Source of the DNA: an uncultured virus (IMG/VR IMGVR_UViG_3300025652_000051)
Lineage: Duplodnaviria; Heunggongvirae; Uroviricota; Caudoviricetes
IMG/VR virus record: IMGVR_UViG_3300025652_000051
Length of the DNA: 64,000 nucleotides
Direction: 5' to 3' (one strand)
How positions within the stretch are numbered: the first letter of the stretch is position 1; each line of letters starts with the position of its first letter. The notes beneath the pieces are model-generated. The model was given only the letters and a program-made list of their open reading frames with translations, was not told where the DNA came from and ran no database searches. Positions 54,919 through 64,000 of this stretch are shown here, piece after piece. Made by a program: the position numbers and the translations under genes.

Positions 54919-56085
54919 ATGAATCGTAAGCTCAGAATTTTAGTGGTATACGCTAACCATGGAGGCTGTAGTTACTATCGTCAACTATCTCCAATGAAGA
55001 TGATGGCAGAGGAATTGCATGACAAGGTAGAAGTTAAAATTACTGACAACCCTTTAGAGATTGACCCTAAGAAGAATTACGCTCCTCCTAACGATAAGCT
55101 TGATGACATGAATTGGGCTGATATTGTATTTGTAGCAAACATACTAAAGTTTGGAGGTCCTTACACTGCTCGCGTAATAGGTATTGCAAAGGAGCTTAAG
55201 AAGTTTGTTCACTTTGACACTGATGATTTGCTTACCGAGTTATACGAAGAGCATCATCTTTACGATACTTATAAAGAAAACAAGCTAGATGAGATTACTA
55301 AGTTTTGCTATTACAATGCCGATTTAGTAACCGTCACTCAAATTAAATTTGCTGAGAGAATCAAGCCTCTCGTAGGTAAGTGTTTAGCTATCGTAAAGAA
55401 TGTAATAGATTACACTCTCCCTGCTTGGAATCACCCTAAGACAAAGGCTAAGTTTACTCGCGTAGGATACGCAGCAGGCATTCACCATAGAGGAGACGTA
55501 AAGGTATTTAACTCTGTTCCTCATCTTGTAAACCAAAAGATAGGAAGAGAGAATGTTCAATGGAATTTCTACGGTCATCCTCCACCTGATCCCAATAAGG
55601 ATAAGAATAGTTGGGAAGCTAAGGTCTGGCCTGAATACATGTCACAGCTTCTCAGCGGCTTCAAGGGGCAGAAAAACTATAACATACACTATGCTTTGCC
55701 TCCTGATATTTACGGTCGTTACTACGCAGATATGGACGTTGCCATAGCTCCTTTACAGATGAATAATTTTAATGATTCCAAGTCTGATATTAAGGTTGCT
55801 GAGTGTTCACGCTACAAAATTCCCTTGGTAGCAAGCAATGTAGGATGCTACGATGAAAACATTATAAATGGCGAGACAGGATATTTGATTGATCCTGACG
55901 CTCCAAAGAGTGAGTGGGTTAAGATCCTTGGTAAGCTTTGTAAGGATAAGAAACATCGCATTGAGCTAGGTAAGAACCTCCATGATAAAACTAAAGATTT
56001 ATTCGATGGCAGAAAGCAATCTCAACAAAGGTATGATCTTTACATGAGAGCTATTCAGGATTTAGGACATAAGATAGATGATTAA
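54919..56085 (+). CDS. Glycosyltransferase, GT-B/GT4-like
   Basis: GGCSYYRQ..P, DTDD, DVAIAPL..NNFNDSKSDIKVAE, VASNV; start MNRKLR at 54919. Confidence 0.85.
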   Translation: MNRKLRILVVYANHGGCSYYRQLSPMKMMAEELHDKVEVKITDNPLEIDPKKNYAPPNDKLDDMNWADIVFVANILKFGGPYTARVIGIAKELKKFVHFDTDDLLTELYEEHHLYDTYKENKLDEITKFCYYNADLVTVTQIKFAERIKPLVGKCLAIVKNVIDYTLPAWNHPKTKAKFTRVGYAAGIHHRGDVKVFNSVPHLVNQKIGRENVQWNFYGHPPPDPNKDKNSWEAKVWPEYMSQLLSGFKGQKNYNIHYALPPDIYGRYYADMDVAIAPLQMNNFNDSKSDIKVAECSRYKIPLVASNVGCYDENIINGETGYLIDPDAPKSEWVKILGKLCKDKKHRIELGKNLHDKTKDLFDGRKQSQQRYDLYMRAIQDLGHKIDD

Positions 56086-56788
56086 GACTTTCAAGCATAG
56101 CGGAGATTTAGGTGACATCATTTACTCTCTGCCAACCATTAAAGCGTTGGGGGGCGGTGTGCTATACTTAGACCCTACAGGAGGTTCAAACGATCCATTG
56201 GTTTCATGGGGTAAGAGGGTTAATACCTCTTTAAATGAGGAGCTTATAGGAAGCTTAAAGCCTTTACTTGAACAGCAAGAATATATTAAAGAAATAAAAC
56301 TTTGGGATAGCTCTGTAGGCGTTGACTACAATCTAAATGAGTTCAGAAATAATTTGACCAATAATTTGAGTGATTCTCACTTGAAGGCTTTCGGTCTTTC
56401 ATCATCAAGAAGGGATGATATTTGGCTTAGTATTGATGAGCCTTTATACCATAGTTCGGGCAGGAAGACTCTGATGGCTAGGTCCTTAAGGGTTCACTCT
56501 AATCACTCATTTTGGGAGACGCTACCAGATTCAACTATTGAAGACCTTGTATTTGTTGGTAGTAAATTTGAGTATGAAGTATTTTACAAAACCTTCAAAT
56601 ATGATATACCTTTTTGGGATTTGTCTATTTTGGACTTAGCTAGAGCGATAGCGTGTTGTAAGCTATTTATAAGTAATCAAACTTTTGGTTCTGCGATAGC
56701 GGAGGGCTTTAAAAAAGATTTAATACAAGAGGTTTACCGCTTGTGCCCCTTGGCAATTTTTCAAAGAGAAGGAGCTAGCTATGTATGA
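56078..56788 (+). CDS. Glycosyltransferase, GT9-like
   Basis: SGDLGDIIYSLP; LDLARAIACCKLFISNQT. Confidence 0.65.
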   Translation: MIKTFKHSGDLGDIIYSLPTIKALGGGVLYLDPTGGSNDPLVSWGKRVNTSLNEELIGSLKPLLEQQEYIKEIKLWDSSVGVDYNLNEFRNNLTNNLSDSHLKAFGLSSSRRDDIWLSIDEPLYHSSGRKTLMARSLRVHSNHSFWETLPDSTIEDLVFVGSKFEYEVFYKTFKYDIPFWDLSILDLARAIACCKLFISNQTFGSAIAEGFKKDLIQEVYRLCPLAIFQREGASYV

Positions 56789-57612
56789 GCGTAAAATTCG
56801 TATCTGATTTTCTTTTAGAAGATTCTCCTGGAGGTGCGGAGCATGTTGATGATACTGTTATTACTGCGCTTGGACTCGAAGCGGTGAGGTCTAGGGACTT
56901 TACGCCAAACGAAGAAGACTTTTATATTATATCCAACATCTCTCTTCTCCCTCAGAGTAGCATTGATTACTTAGCAGCTAAGTGTAAGTACATCATACTG
57001 GAGCACGACTATAAGTTTCACCCTACAAGGCACCCGTGGAGGTACCCTAACAACATAGTCGATTCTGGTGAGTTGATTAATCTCAGTCTATACGAGAATG
57101 CGATAATGACTTTCGTTCAGACCGATGATCACTTAGAAGTATTCAAGCTAAACAATATTAAAGGTAATTTTGAAAGTTTGAATTGTAGCATTTGGTCTAC
57201 TGAAGAGTTGGATAATCTCGTTGATCTTCATCGTTTGAGTAGATTGAAAGAAAGTTCTTTTGCGATTATTAATTCAGAAAACTGGATAAAGAATACAAAA
57301 CAAGCAGTTGAGTTTTGTCATAGCATGAAGATAACTTATGAATTAATTGAGAGTCAAGACTATAATATATTTCTAAGATCGTTGTCTAGATACTCCGCTC
57401 TTGTATTCTTCCCTATTGCTAGGGAAACCTGTTGTAGACTATTAGTAGAAGCAAAATGTCTGGGTTTAAATGTTATAACGTCTCAAAATTCTGGAGCATT
57501 TCAAGCAGATTGGTTTAGATTAAATGGGACTGATCTTATCAGCTATCTTAGAGAGCAGTCTTTGAAAAATTTGAGATCTATAGAAGGTTTATTAAATGAA
57601 AATAAAAATTAA
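56785..57612 (+). CDS. Glycosyltransferase, GT-B
   Basis: GGAE at the N-terminus; FFP..RETCCRLLVEAKCLG (ExxxxxxxE). Confidence 0.7.
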   Translation: MSVKFVSDFLLEDSPGGAEHVDDTVITALGLEAVRSRDFTPNEEDFYIISNISLLPQSSIDYLAAKCKYIILEHDYKFHPTRHPWRYPNNIVDSGELINLSLYENAIMTFVQTDDHLEVFKLNNIKGNFESLNCSIWSTEELDNLVDLHRLSRLKESSFAIINSENWIKNTKQAVEFCHSMKITYELIESQDYNIFLRSLSRYSALVFFPIARETCCRLLVEAKCLGLNVITSQNSGAFQADWFRLNGTDLISYLREQSLKNLRSIEGLLNENKN

Positions 57613-58207
57613 AGATATGAACATAGCTTATCTTACCTCTGAAAAATACCCTAAGAGGGACAAGGACACTAAAGAACTTTTACAGATTTCTAACTTAAGT
57701 TTTGAAAGGTATGATGGAGGGATTACAACCCCTTATACAATTGGGGTTGCAAAAGGTCATCTTCAAGCTTTGAAGTCTTTATCACTTCCGTCTCTTCTAT
57801 TGGAAGATGATATAAAAGTTTTAAATGGTTCTTCAATTGAAGTTGATCAAGAGTTTGAAGTTCCCGACGATGCTGATGCTTTATATTTAGGTACAAGCAT
57901 GTATGGTCGGTTAGAGGGGAAAACCGTTCTTAACGGAGTCTTGGCAACGACCACTTCTAACCCTAGCGTCAACTCTGTGTATAACATGCTAAGTATGCAC
58001 GCAATAGTTTACTTGTCCGATAGATATAGAAATCATATTATGAATCTCTTGCAAATCCATATTGAAGATCCTACTGGAGGAGTTGATGATCCTATAGCCG
58101 AACACATGAGTGAATATAACGTATACGCAGTTGCTGATCCTGTATTTTATCAAGCTGACGGGCATAGTGAACAAGCGACAATGAATAGGATTCCTTTAAA
58201 GATATGA
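57596..58207 (+). CDS. Glycosyltransferase, GT25-like
   Basis: H..AL...LLLEDD; ALYLG; HAIVY. Confidence 0.6.
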   Translation: MKIKIKDMNIAYLTSEKYPKRDKDTKELLQISNLSFERYDGGITTPYTIGVAKGHLQALKSLSLPSLLLEDDIKVLNGSSIEVDQEFEVPDDADALYLGTSMYGRLEGKTVLNGVLATTTSNPSVNSVYNMLSMHAIVYLSDRYRNHIMNLLQIHIEDPTGGVDDPIAEHMSEYNVYAVADPVFYQADGHSEQATMNRIPLKI

Positions 58208-58764
58208 AACTTTCAATATTAGTTCCAACGATGCCCACCAGGGTTGATTATTTAAAAAGATTAAAAAGATCTTTTAAAGGTCAATTAACTCCTGATGTAG
58301 AGTTAATAGTGTTTGAGGGGGATGTTGGACAATCCATCGGTAGCAAGCGTAATAAACTTCTTGAGATGGCGAAGGGGGATTACATAGCTTTTGTGGATGA
58401 TGATGATATTGTATCTCATCACTACATCTCCAGAGTATTAAAAGCTATTGAATCGAATCCTGACGTTGTAGGTATCCACTTACTTCATTACGAAGACTAT
58501 GGGTTAAGGGGTTTGACGTATCATTCTCTTCGTTTCAAGGAATGGTCTGATGAGCCTAATCCTCAATATCCACAATTAAGAAATTACTATAGGAATCCAA
58601 ACCATATTAATCCTGTAAGAAGAGAGTTAGCTATTCAAGTTAAGTTTCCAGAGATAAACATGGGAGAAGATAAAGATTACTCAATGCGTTTGAAGCCTTT
58701 ATTGAGTAGCGAAGTTTATATAAGCGATCCCATATACGCATATTTATTTAGGAGTATGAAATAA
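58204..58764 (+). CDS. Glycosyltransferase, GT2
   Basis: LSILVPT, KRNKLL..AKGDYIAFVDDDD, GED. Confidence 0.85.
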   Translation: MKLSILVPTMPTRVDYLKRLKRSFKGQLTPDVELIVFEGDVGQSIGSKRNKLLEMAKGDYIAFVDDDDIVSHHYISRVLKAIESNPDVVGIHLLHYEDYGLRGLTYHSLRFKEWSDEPNPQYPQLRNYYRNPNHINPVRRELAIQVKFPEINMGEDKDYSMRLKPLLSSEVYISDPIYAYLFRSMK

Positions 58765-59303
58765 TGTCACACAAAGAAGAAAGAGACTTTTGCACTTCGG
58801 TTAAACACAAATTTCCGTATTCTTTTAAGGGTAAAAGAGTATTGGAAGTGGGTAGTGGAGATATAAATGGTAACAACAACTACTTATTTGAAGACTGTTG
58901 TTTAACCCGTGTAGATGTCTGTAAAGGACCTAACGTCGATATTGTATCCTACGCTCATGATTTAACTTTTGTTGACGATCTTTTTGATACAGTAATATCC
59001 ACTGAGTGTTTTGAGCATGACAAGCATTATGTTAAATCTTTACAAAACATGGTACGTATGCTTAGACCGGGTGGATTGCTTCTCTTTACTTGCGCGACAA
59101 CTGGAAGACCTGAGCATGGCACAAGTAGAAGTAAGCCTTGGCAAGTTCTTTCAACACGCATGGAAAACTCAGAAGATTACTACAAGAACCTAACTGAGCA
59201 AGATATTCGAGAAGTTATCGATGTTGATAAAGTTTTCATAGAGCACGAATTTTCTGCTGAATTAAATCATTGCGATCTTTTCTTCTGGGGTATAAAGAAG
59301 TGA
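58764..59303 (+). CDS. Class I SAM-dependent methyltransferase
   Basis: VLEVGSG, FDTVISTECFEH, LRPGG. Confidence 0.85.
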   Translation: MSHKEERDFCTSVKHKFPYSFKGKRVLEVGSGDINGNNNYLFEDCCLTRVDVCKGPNVDIVSYAHDLTFVDDLFDTVISTECFEHDKHYVKSLQNMVRMLRPGGLLLFTCATTGRPEHGTSRSKPWQVLSTRMENSEDYYKNLTEQDIREVIDVDKVFIEHEFSAELNHCDLFFWGIKK

Positions 59304-60250
59304 AGATTAATGTGATACCTGGGAGAGATCCTCACTATACTAGGTTAACTCAATCCCTACAGGCTTTAGGCCATGAAGTTCTTGTGGGTGAACCTGAGAC
59401 TGGTGTTAAGTTTGACATGGCTTTTGTTAGTCCTAGTTACGACAAAGGTTACAATCAATCAGATAATATTCTATTCTTTGATGCTGAAGATGATCATAAG
59501 CATTTTGATCCTGGCGTAGCTTACCATGAGTTAAAAGATAAAGTAATCGCATACGCAAAAATGCATTACGTGGATGATGACAGAGGTGACGGAATTAAAA
59601 ACGTGGCCTTCCCCATCATTCCCTACCTTACACATATACAAGCAGCATCGGTGCAGATACCTGATTTTTCTGCAAAAAATGCAGTGCCCTTTATGGCGGT
59701 AAGTCCGACGTTTATAGGTAATTATAAGGGAACTGCACCGCGAGACCCTAGGTTCACCGCAGAGTTTGCCCCAGGGGATCTAATGTATAATCAAAGGTAT
59801 CAATGGCTCTACAGCCTTGAAGAAAACAACATATTTTATCAAGGTGGTGTTGTTTTTTGGAAAGATAATGTCAGCTTTGAAGAACAAAGAAAATACTACG
59901 GCGACGTAATTAAAACATTTGAAGTGAGTAGGGTTGAAAATTATCTTGAAAAATTGGCATATTGTCGAATAGGTCTTTGCCCAACCGGCCACGATAGATT
60001 GAGTTGGAGAGTTTTTGATATCATGGCAATGGGATCAATTTTAATATCAACTGACCGTCAAGATCAGAAGCATCTCTACAATCCAAAGGCTATTATAGAG
60101 ATAAAGGATGATGAGGATTTGGGAATGACTTTGCACAAGTTGCAACCTGATTACAAAGAGATTTGGAAAGAACACAATGAGAACAGGAAGGTTCTTTCCC
60201 AGCTAACCCCGGACATCATCTGGAAAGATTTTAAGGAACAATTGATATGA
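59300..60250 (+). CDS. Putative glycosyltransferase (GT-B C-terminal domain)
   Basis: IGLCPTG..SWRVFDIMAMGSILIS; GTG start at 59300. Confidence 0.55.
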   Translation: MKINVIPGRDPHYTRLTQSLQALGHEVLVGEPETGVKFDMAFVSPSYDKGYNQSDNILFFDAEDDHKHFDPGVAYHELKDKVIAYAKMHYVDDDRGDGIKNVAFPIIPYLTHIQAASVQIPDFSAKNAVPFMAVSPTFIGNYKGTAPRDPRFTAEFAPGDLMYNQRYQWLYSLEENNIFYQGGVVFWKDNVSFEEQRKYYGDVIKTFEVSRVENYLEKLAYCRIGLCPTGHDRLSWRVFDIMAMGSILISTDRQDQKHLYNPKAIIEIKDDEDLGMTLHKLQPDYKEIWKEHNENRKVLSQLTPDIIWKDFKEQLI

Positions 60251-60266
60251 CCTATTATTACCCACG

Positions 60267-60968
60267 ATGAAAAAACTATTACTAATTCAACCAGGGGCTT
60301 TTGGAGACATTATAGTGTGTGCTCCTATAGCAAAATGGTACGCGGACAGGGGGTATGAGGTGACTTACCCTGCGAGAGAGAAGTATCATTCTCTTCTTAA
60401 TAAGTTGAGCTACATTAAACCAGTCATATTAAATGAAGATGAGTTAGACTCCGATTGGCTTCGCTCTGATGTCATGAAAATATTACCAGAGTGTAGTAAT
60501 TATGATTTGATTATTAATTTAGCAGATAGGGGTCCACACTCCACTGCACAACGACCTTGGGAGAAGAATCAAGAAGCTAAGTATAGATTATCTCGTGTCC
60601 CTCGTGAAGAGCAGTATAATTTAGTATGGGATAGGGATATTGAAAAAGAGAATTTAATATATGATAAGTATGTAACTTCAACTCCTTATGCATTCGTTCA
60701 CAATACTTCTTCCGATGGTGAAGATATTGATTTACCTGCTACCTCTCTACCAATAATTAAGAATGATACCCCCTTGGGCTATAATATATTTGATTGGTAC
60801 AAGGTAATCTGCCAAGCTGAAGAGATCTACTGCACAGAAAGTGCTCTTCATTGCTTTTGCGACGGTATCTCTAAAGATATCACCAGTAAACGATTCTTGC
60901 TCTCAAGAGTGGCGGGTAACGGGCATCTACTGACTACTTCTAAATTTTGGGATAAAAGGTATTTATAG
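60267..60968 (+). CDS. Glycosyltransferase, GT9-like
   Basis: LLIQPGAFGDIIVCAPI; AEEIYCTESAL. Confidence 0.6.
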   Translation: MKKLLLIQPGAFGDIIVCAPIAKWYADRGYEVTYPAREKYHSLLNKLSYIKPVILNEDELDSDWLRSDVMKILPECSNYDLIINLADRGPHSTAQRPWEKNQEAKYRLSRVPREEQYNLVWDRDIEKENLIYDKYVTSTPYAFVHNTSSDGEDIDLPATSLPIIKNDTPLGYNIFDWYKVICQAEEIYCTESALHCFCDGISKDITSKRFLLSRVAGNGHLLTTSKFWDKRYL

Positions 60969-60969
60969 T

Positions 60970-61353
60970 ATGGAGATTAAAATAACTATATCAGTTGGGG
61001 AACTTCTCGATAAAATTTCTATATTAAAGATTAAATCAAGTAAATTCTCGTGTTCTAAAAAACTTGAATACGTCAATCGTGAGTTAAGTAAGTTGATTGA
61101 TTGTGCTGAGACTCACGAGGTTTTTGATGAATCTTTACTTCATGAATTAGAGGATGTTAACAGGAGGTTGTGGGACATCGAAGATGAGATTAGGGTATTA
61201 GAAAAGTCTAAAGATTTCTCAGACAATTTTATTGAGTTAGCTCGGAAAGTATACATCACTAATGATAAAAGATTTATCCTAAAGTGCAACGCAGATGAGA
61301 AGTATGAGTCTATTATAAGGGAACAAAAGGATTATATAAATTACGATGGGTGA
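60970..61353 (+). CDS. Small helical protein of the DUF6165 type found in glycosylation loci
   Basis: ISVGELLDKISILKIK...VNRRLWDIEDEIR...FIELARKVYITNDKR. Confidence 0.75.
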   Translation: MEIKITISVGELLDKISILKIKSSKFSCSKKLEYVNRELSKLIDCAETHEVFDESLLHELEDVNRRLWDIEDEIRVLEKSKDFSDNFIELARKVYITNDKRFILKCNADEKYESIIREQKDYINYDG

Positions 61354-61942
61354 TCTTCAACAACACAATCTTCAAAGTTTTATTCAAGACTATAACTGTA
61401 AACAGTTTGTAGAGACGGGAACTGGTAAGGGGACAGGATTAAGTTACGCCTGCTCTTTCCCTTTTGAAAGCCTACACAGTATTGAGATAGTTCCTGAGCT
61501 TTACGAACACTGCGTTCAGGTTTTCAAATCTGATGAGAGAGTGTCCTTAATTCACGATAACTCTCTTGATGGGTTAAGGACCATTTTGAGTTCACTAAGT
61601 GATGATCCGACCTTCTTTTGGCTAGATGCACACTTCCCAGGAGCAGATTTTCATTTTAATGATTATGATCATATGAAAGATGAGAAACATCTGCATATGC
61701 CCTTAGTCGATGAGATAAAACTAATACACTCTAGTAGACCTAACTGCGCTGATGTTTATATCATTGACGATCTTCACCTGTATGAGGATGGACCCTTTGA
61801 AATTCACATGCCTGAGTTTATAGAAAAGTATGGAAACAAGAACATCACTCCCGCAACTGATCTTTTAAAAGACACTCATGTCTTTATTAGAGATCCTAGA
61901 CATCAAGGTTTCTTGATATTAGTCCCTAAAAAAAATGGATAA
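61346..61942 (+). CDS. Putative SAM-dependent methyltransferase
   Basis: FVETGTGKG, SIE, FFWLDAH, IIDD. Confidence 0.7.
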   Translation: MGDLQQHNLQSFIQDYNCKQFVETGTGKGTGLSYACSFPFESLHSIEIVPELYEHCVQVFKSDERVSLIHDNSLDGLRTILSSLSDDPTFFWLDAHFPGADFHFNDYDHMKDEKHLHMPLVDEIKLIHSSRPNCADVYIIDDLHLYEDGPFEIHMPEFIEKYGNKNITPATDLLKDTHVFIRDPRHQGFLILVPKKNG

Positions 61943-61945
61943 AAA

Positions 61946-62770
61946 ATGGATAAACAAATAAAAATTAAGCATTTAGCAGACTACCACAATTGGGAACGTG
62001 TAAATGATTGTATTCCTAAAGGCGTTTACGCAGGGGCTTTACCCTTCGAGGATGGTTATGTGGCCGCTTGTAGGGTTGGTAACGTAGGCTTTGAAGATAA
62101 AATTCATGCGGTGACTTATGACTCAAATTTAAATTTATTAACCTCAGAAGAGGTTTGTAAAGGCGAGGATCCTAGGGGCTTTCTATTAAATGAAATTCCT
62201 TTTGCTCTTTTCTGGTCTCCAAGACTCGCTTCTCGATTTGCTGATTTCCCGATGTCCTACAGTCTTGTTAACCTTAAGACTAAGCAGGTTGTAGATCTTT
62301 CCATAGACGGTGTGAAAGAAACTCGAATGGAGGTTCTAGGTAAAAATTGGATGCCTCTGGTTAAAGACGGTGAGTTGTTTATAGTTGTTTCGATAGAGCC
62401 TAGAATTTGTGTTTTAAAGGTAAATGTAGACAACGGTATTTGTAATTGGTTAGAGGGCTTTGCTCCTGTAGGTAACATAGAAGTTACACATAGTAGAGGA
62501 GGAACTCCGTTTGTTTATAATGAAACTCTTGAAAGGTATGTTGGATTTGGGCATAGGACATACTCTACTACTCATCATAACATATATTTTTACACCATAA
62601 GTAAAGACTTTGATGATGTTTATATCGGCCCCGATATTAATACGGGTAAGGGTTGCGTGCAGGATCCTATGTCTATTTTTACGAAAAATGGTAAGACTTT
62701 CTTTACCGTTGGTCGATGGAATTTCCCTAACGAAGGTGAAATGGGTATTTACGAACTAATTATTGATTAA
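61946..62770 (+). CDS. Beta-propeller glycosidase/phosphorylase-like protein (GH130/GH43-like)
   Basis: GEDPR, KNWMP, RGGTP, QDP motifs. Confidence 0.55.
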   Translation: MDKQIKIKHLADYHNWERVNDCIPKGVYAGALPFEDGYVAACRVGNVGFEDKIHAVTYDSNLNLLTSEEVCKGEDPRGFLLNEIPFALFWSPRLASRFADFPMSYSLVNLKTKQVVDLSIDGVKETRMEVLGKNWMPLVKDGELFIVVSIEPRICVLKVNVDNGICNWLEGFAPVGNIEVTHSRGGTPFVYNETLERYVGFGHRTYSTTHHNIYFYTISKDFDDVYIGPDINTGKGCVQDPMSIFTKNGKTFFTVGRWNFPNEGEMGIYELIID

Positions 62771-62771
62771 A

Positions 62772-63731
62772 ATGAAGACTATATTAATTTGTGGCGGAGC
62801 GGGATTTATAGGTCATCACCTTGCTCGTAAGTTGAAGTCTGAGGGTCATTATGTGGTTGTGGCTGATATAAAGACTCGTAATGAATACTGCGAGGATAAT
62901 GAATACTGCCATCAGTATTTACAGTTGGACCTGTGTAAGGATGATAGTTGGGCTGCTATCCATGATCAGTTTAAGGAGTTTGATGAGGTATACCAACTAG
63001 CAGCCGACATGGGAGGAGCGGGTTATATCTTTACGGGGGATAATGATGCAAACGTAATGACTAACTCGTCATTAGTAAACTTGCATTGTGTTCAGTTTGC
63101 TACTAAATGGAAGGCTAAGGTGTTCTACTCCAGTTCTGCTTGCATGTACCCCAGCCACAATCAGGAAGATCCAAATAATCCTAATTGTAAAGAAGACTCT
63201 GCATACCCCGCTAACCCAGATTCGGAGTATGGGTGGGAGAAGTTATTCAGCGAGAGACTTTATCTTGCTGCGGCTAGGAACTATGGCCTAGATGTTAGAG
63301 TAGCTAGGTTCCATAACATCTTTGGTCCTGAAGGAATTTATGACGGGGGTAAGGAGAAAGCTCCTGCTGCTTTGTGTCGTAAGGTTGCTAAGTCTGAAGG
63401 CAGTATTGAAGTGTGGGGTCCAGGAACTCAGACTCGCTCCTTCCTCTTCATTGATGAGTGCATAGAGGCAGTTCAAAGATTAATGGAATCAGATTTTAAA
63501 GATCCAGTAAATATAGGTTCCGATGAGATGATATCAATTAATGATCTTGCTAAAATGGTTATTGAAATATCAGGTAAAAGGTGTATTATTAACAACATCG
63601 AAGGCCCTTTAGGTGTGATGGGTAGGAATTCAGACAATGAGCTTATTCAAGATAAGCTTGGATGGTCTCCCTCCATGCCCCTTCGAGACGGTATTCAGAA
63701 AACATACGAATGGATTAGTAATGAACTTTAA
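62772..63731 (+). CDS. GDP-mannose 3,5-epimerase-like NAD-dependent epimerase
   Basis: GGAGFIG, QLAADMGGAGYI, YSSSACMYP, YGWEKLFSE, RFHNIFGP, KEKAPAALCRK. Confidence 0.88.
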   Translation: MKTILICGGAGFIGHHLARKLKSEGHYVVVADIKTRNEYCEDNEYCHQYLQLDLCKDDSWAAIHDQFKEFDEVYQLAADMGGAGYIFTGDNDANVMTNSSLVNLHCVQFATKWKAKVFYSSSACMYPSHNQEDPNNPNCKEDSAYPANPDSEYGWEKLFSERLYLAAARNYGLDVRVARFHNIFGPEGIYDGGKEKAPAALCRKVAKSEGSIEVWGPGTQTRSFLFIDECIEAVQRLMESDFKDPVNIGSDEMISINDLAKMVIEISGKRCIINNIEGPLGVMGRNSDNELIQDKLGWSPSMPLRDGIQKTYEWISNEL

Positions 63732-64000
63732 CGAATTTCAACAAGAATGTACCCGCACTGCTAACCCTAACATCAGTCGCCAGGACGCAAACCTTAATTG
63801 GGCTTTGGGGATTGCAGGGGAAGCTGGAGAATACTGTGAGCTTATTAAAAAGCACACATTCCACGGGAAGGATCTAGATTTAGATGCCGCTAAGAAGGAG
63901 CTAGGAGACGTTCTATTCTACGTTGCCATGGCTGCTAAGAATCTACACCTTAGTTTAGAAGAGGTTGCTAAAGCCAACCTACAGAAGCTGAGAGCTAGGT
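63721..64000 (+). CDS. mazG: MazG-like nucleotide pyrophosphohydrolase (3'-truncated)
   Basis: Not in the ORF track; translates MNFNEFQQECTRTAN...LGIAGEAGEYCELIKKH...KELGDVLFYVA...NLQKLRAR. Confidence 0.88.
   Translation, partial: MNFNEFQQECTRTANPNISRQDANLNWALGIAGEAGEYCELIKKHTFHGKDLDLDAAKKELGDVLFYVAMAAKNLHLSLEEVAKANLQKLRAR

Noticed and set aside
453..63476. Numerous 60-160 aa ORFs nested in or antisense to long genes
   Set aside because: No recognisable motifs or translation signals; expected shadows of dense coding
1..64000. Stop-codon reassignment
   Set aside because: TAA, TAG and TGA all end genes that abut the next gene; conserved proteins are full length under the standard code
1..64000. 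tRNA, rRNA or CRISPR arrays
   Set aside because: Intergenic gaps are all short (about 100 bp or less) and no cloverleaf or repeat-spacer pattern was seen

Overview
This is a 64-kb, densely coding, AT-rich segment of a large T4-related (gp23-type capsid, contractile tail) bacteriophage genome that uses the standard genetic code. Positions 1-37.6 kb hold virion genes: baseplate hub/spike, gp25/gp6/gp7-like wedge, fibre/spike proteins, prohead protease, scaffold, major capsid, gp13/14/15 neck, sheath and tube. Positions 37.7-54.8 kb hold replication and nucleotide genes: Holliday junction resolvase, a minimal gp55-like late sigma factor, a family A DNA polymerase split over three ORFs with an N-terminal UDG-like domain, ThyX, gp47/gp46, class II RNR, helicase, UvsY and gp32 SSB. 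Positions 54.9-63.7 kb form a glycan-modification cluster of about 12 genes (glycosyltransferases, methyltransferases, GDP-mannose 3,5-epimerase), followed by a truncated MazG. The most notable observations are the tripartite PolA, a symmetric bidirectional leaderless promoter driving both the late sigma factor and the polymerase, a (C/G)TAAATA late-promoter set, a GH5-like protein apparently lacking both catalytic glutamates, a candidate head-packaged nuclease, and an apparent S-[S/G/A] enrichment in tail proteins that may be the target of the glycan cluster. All assignments come from motif recognition by eye; no database searches were run.
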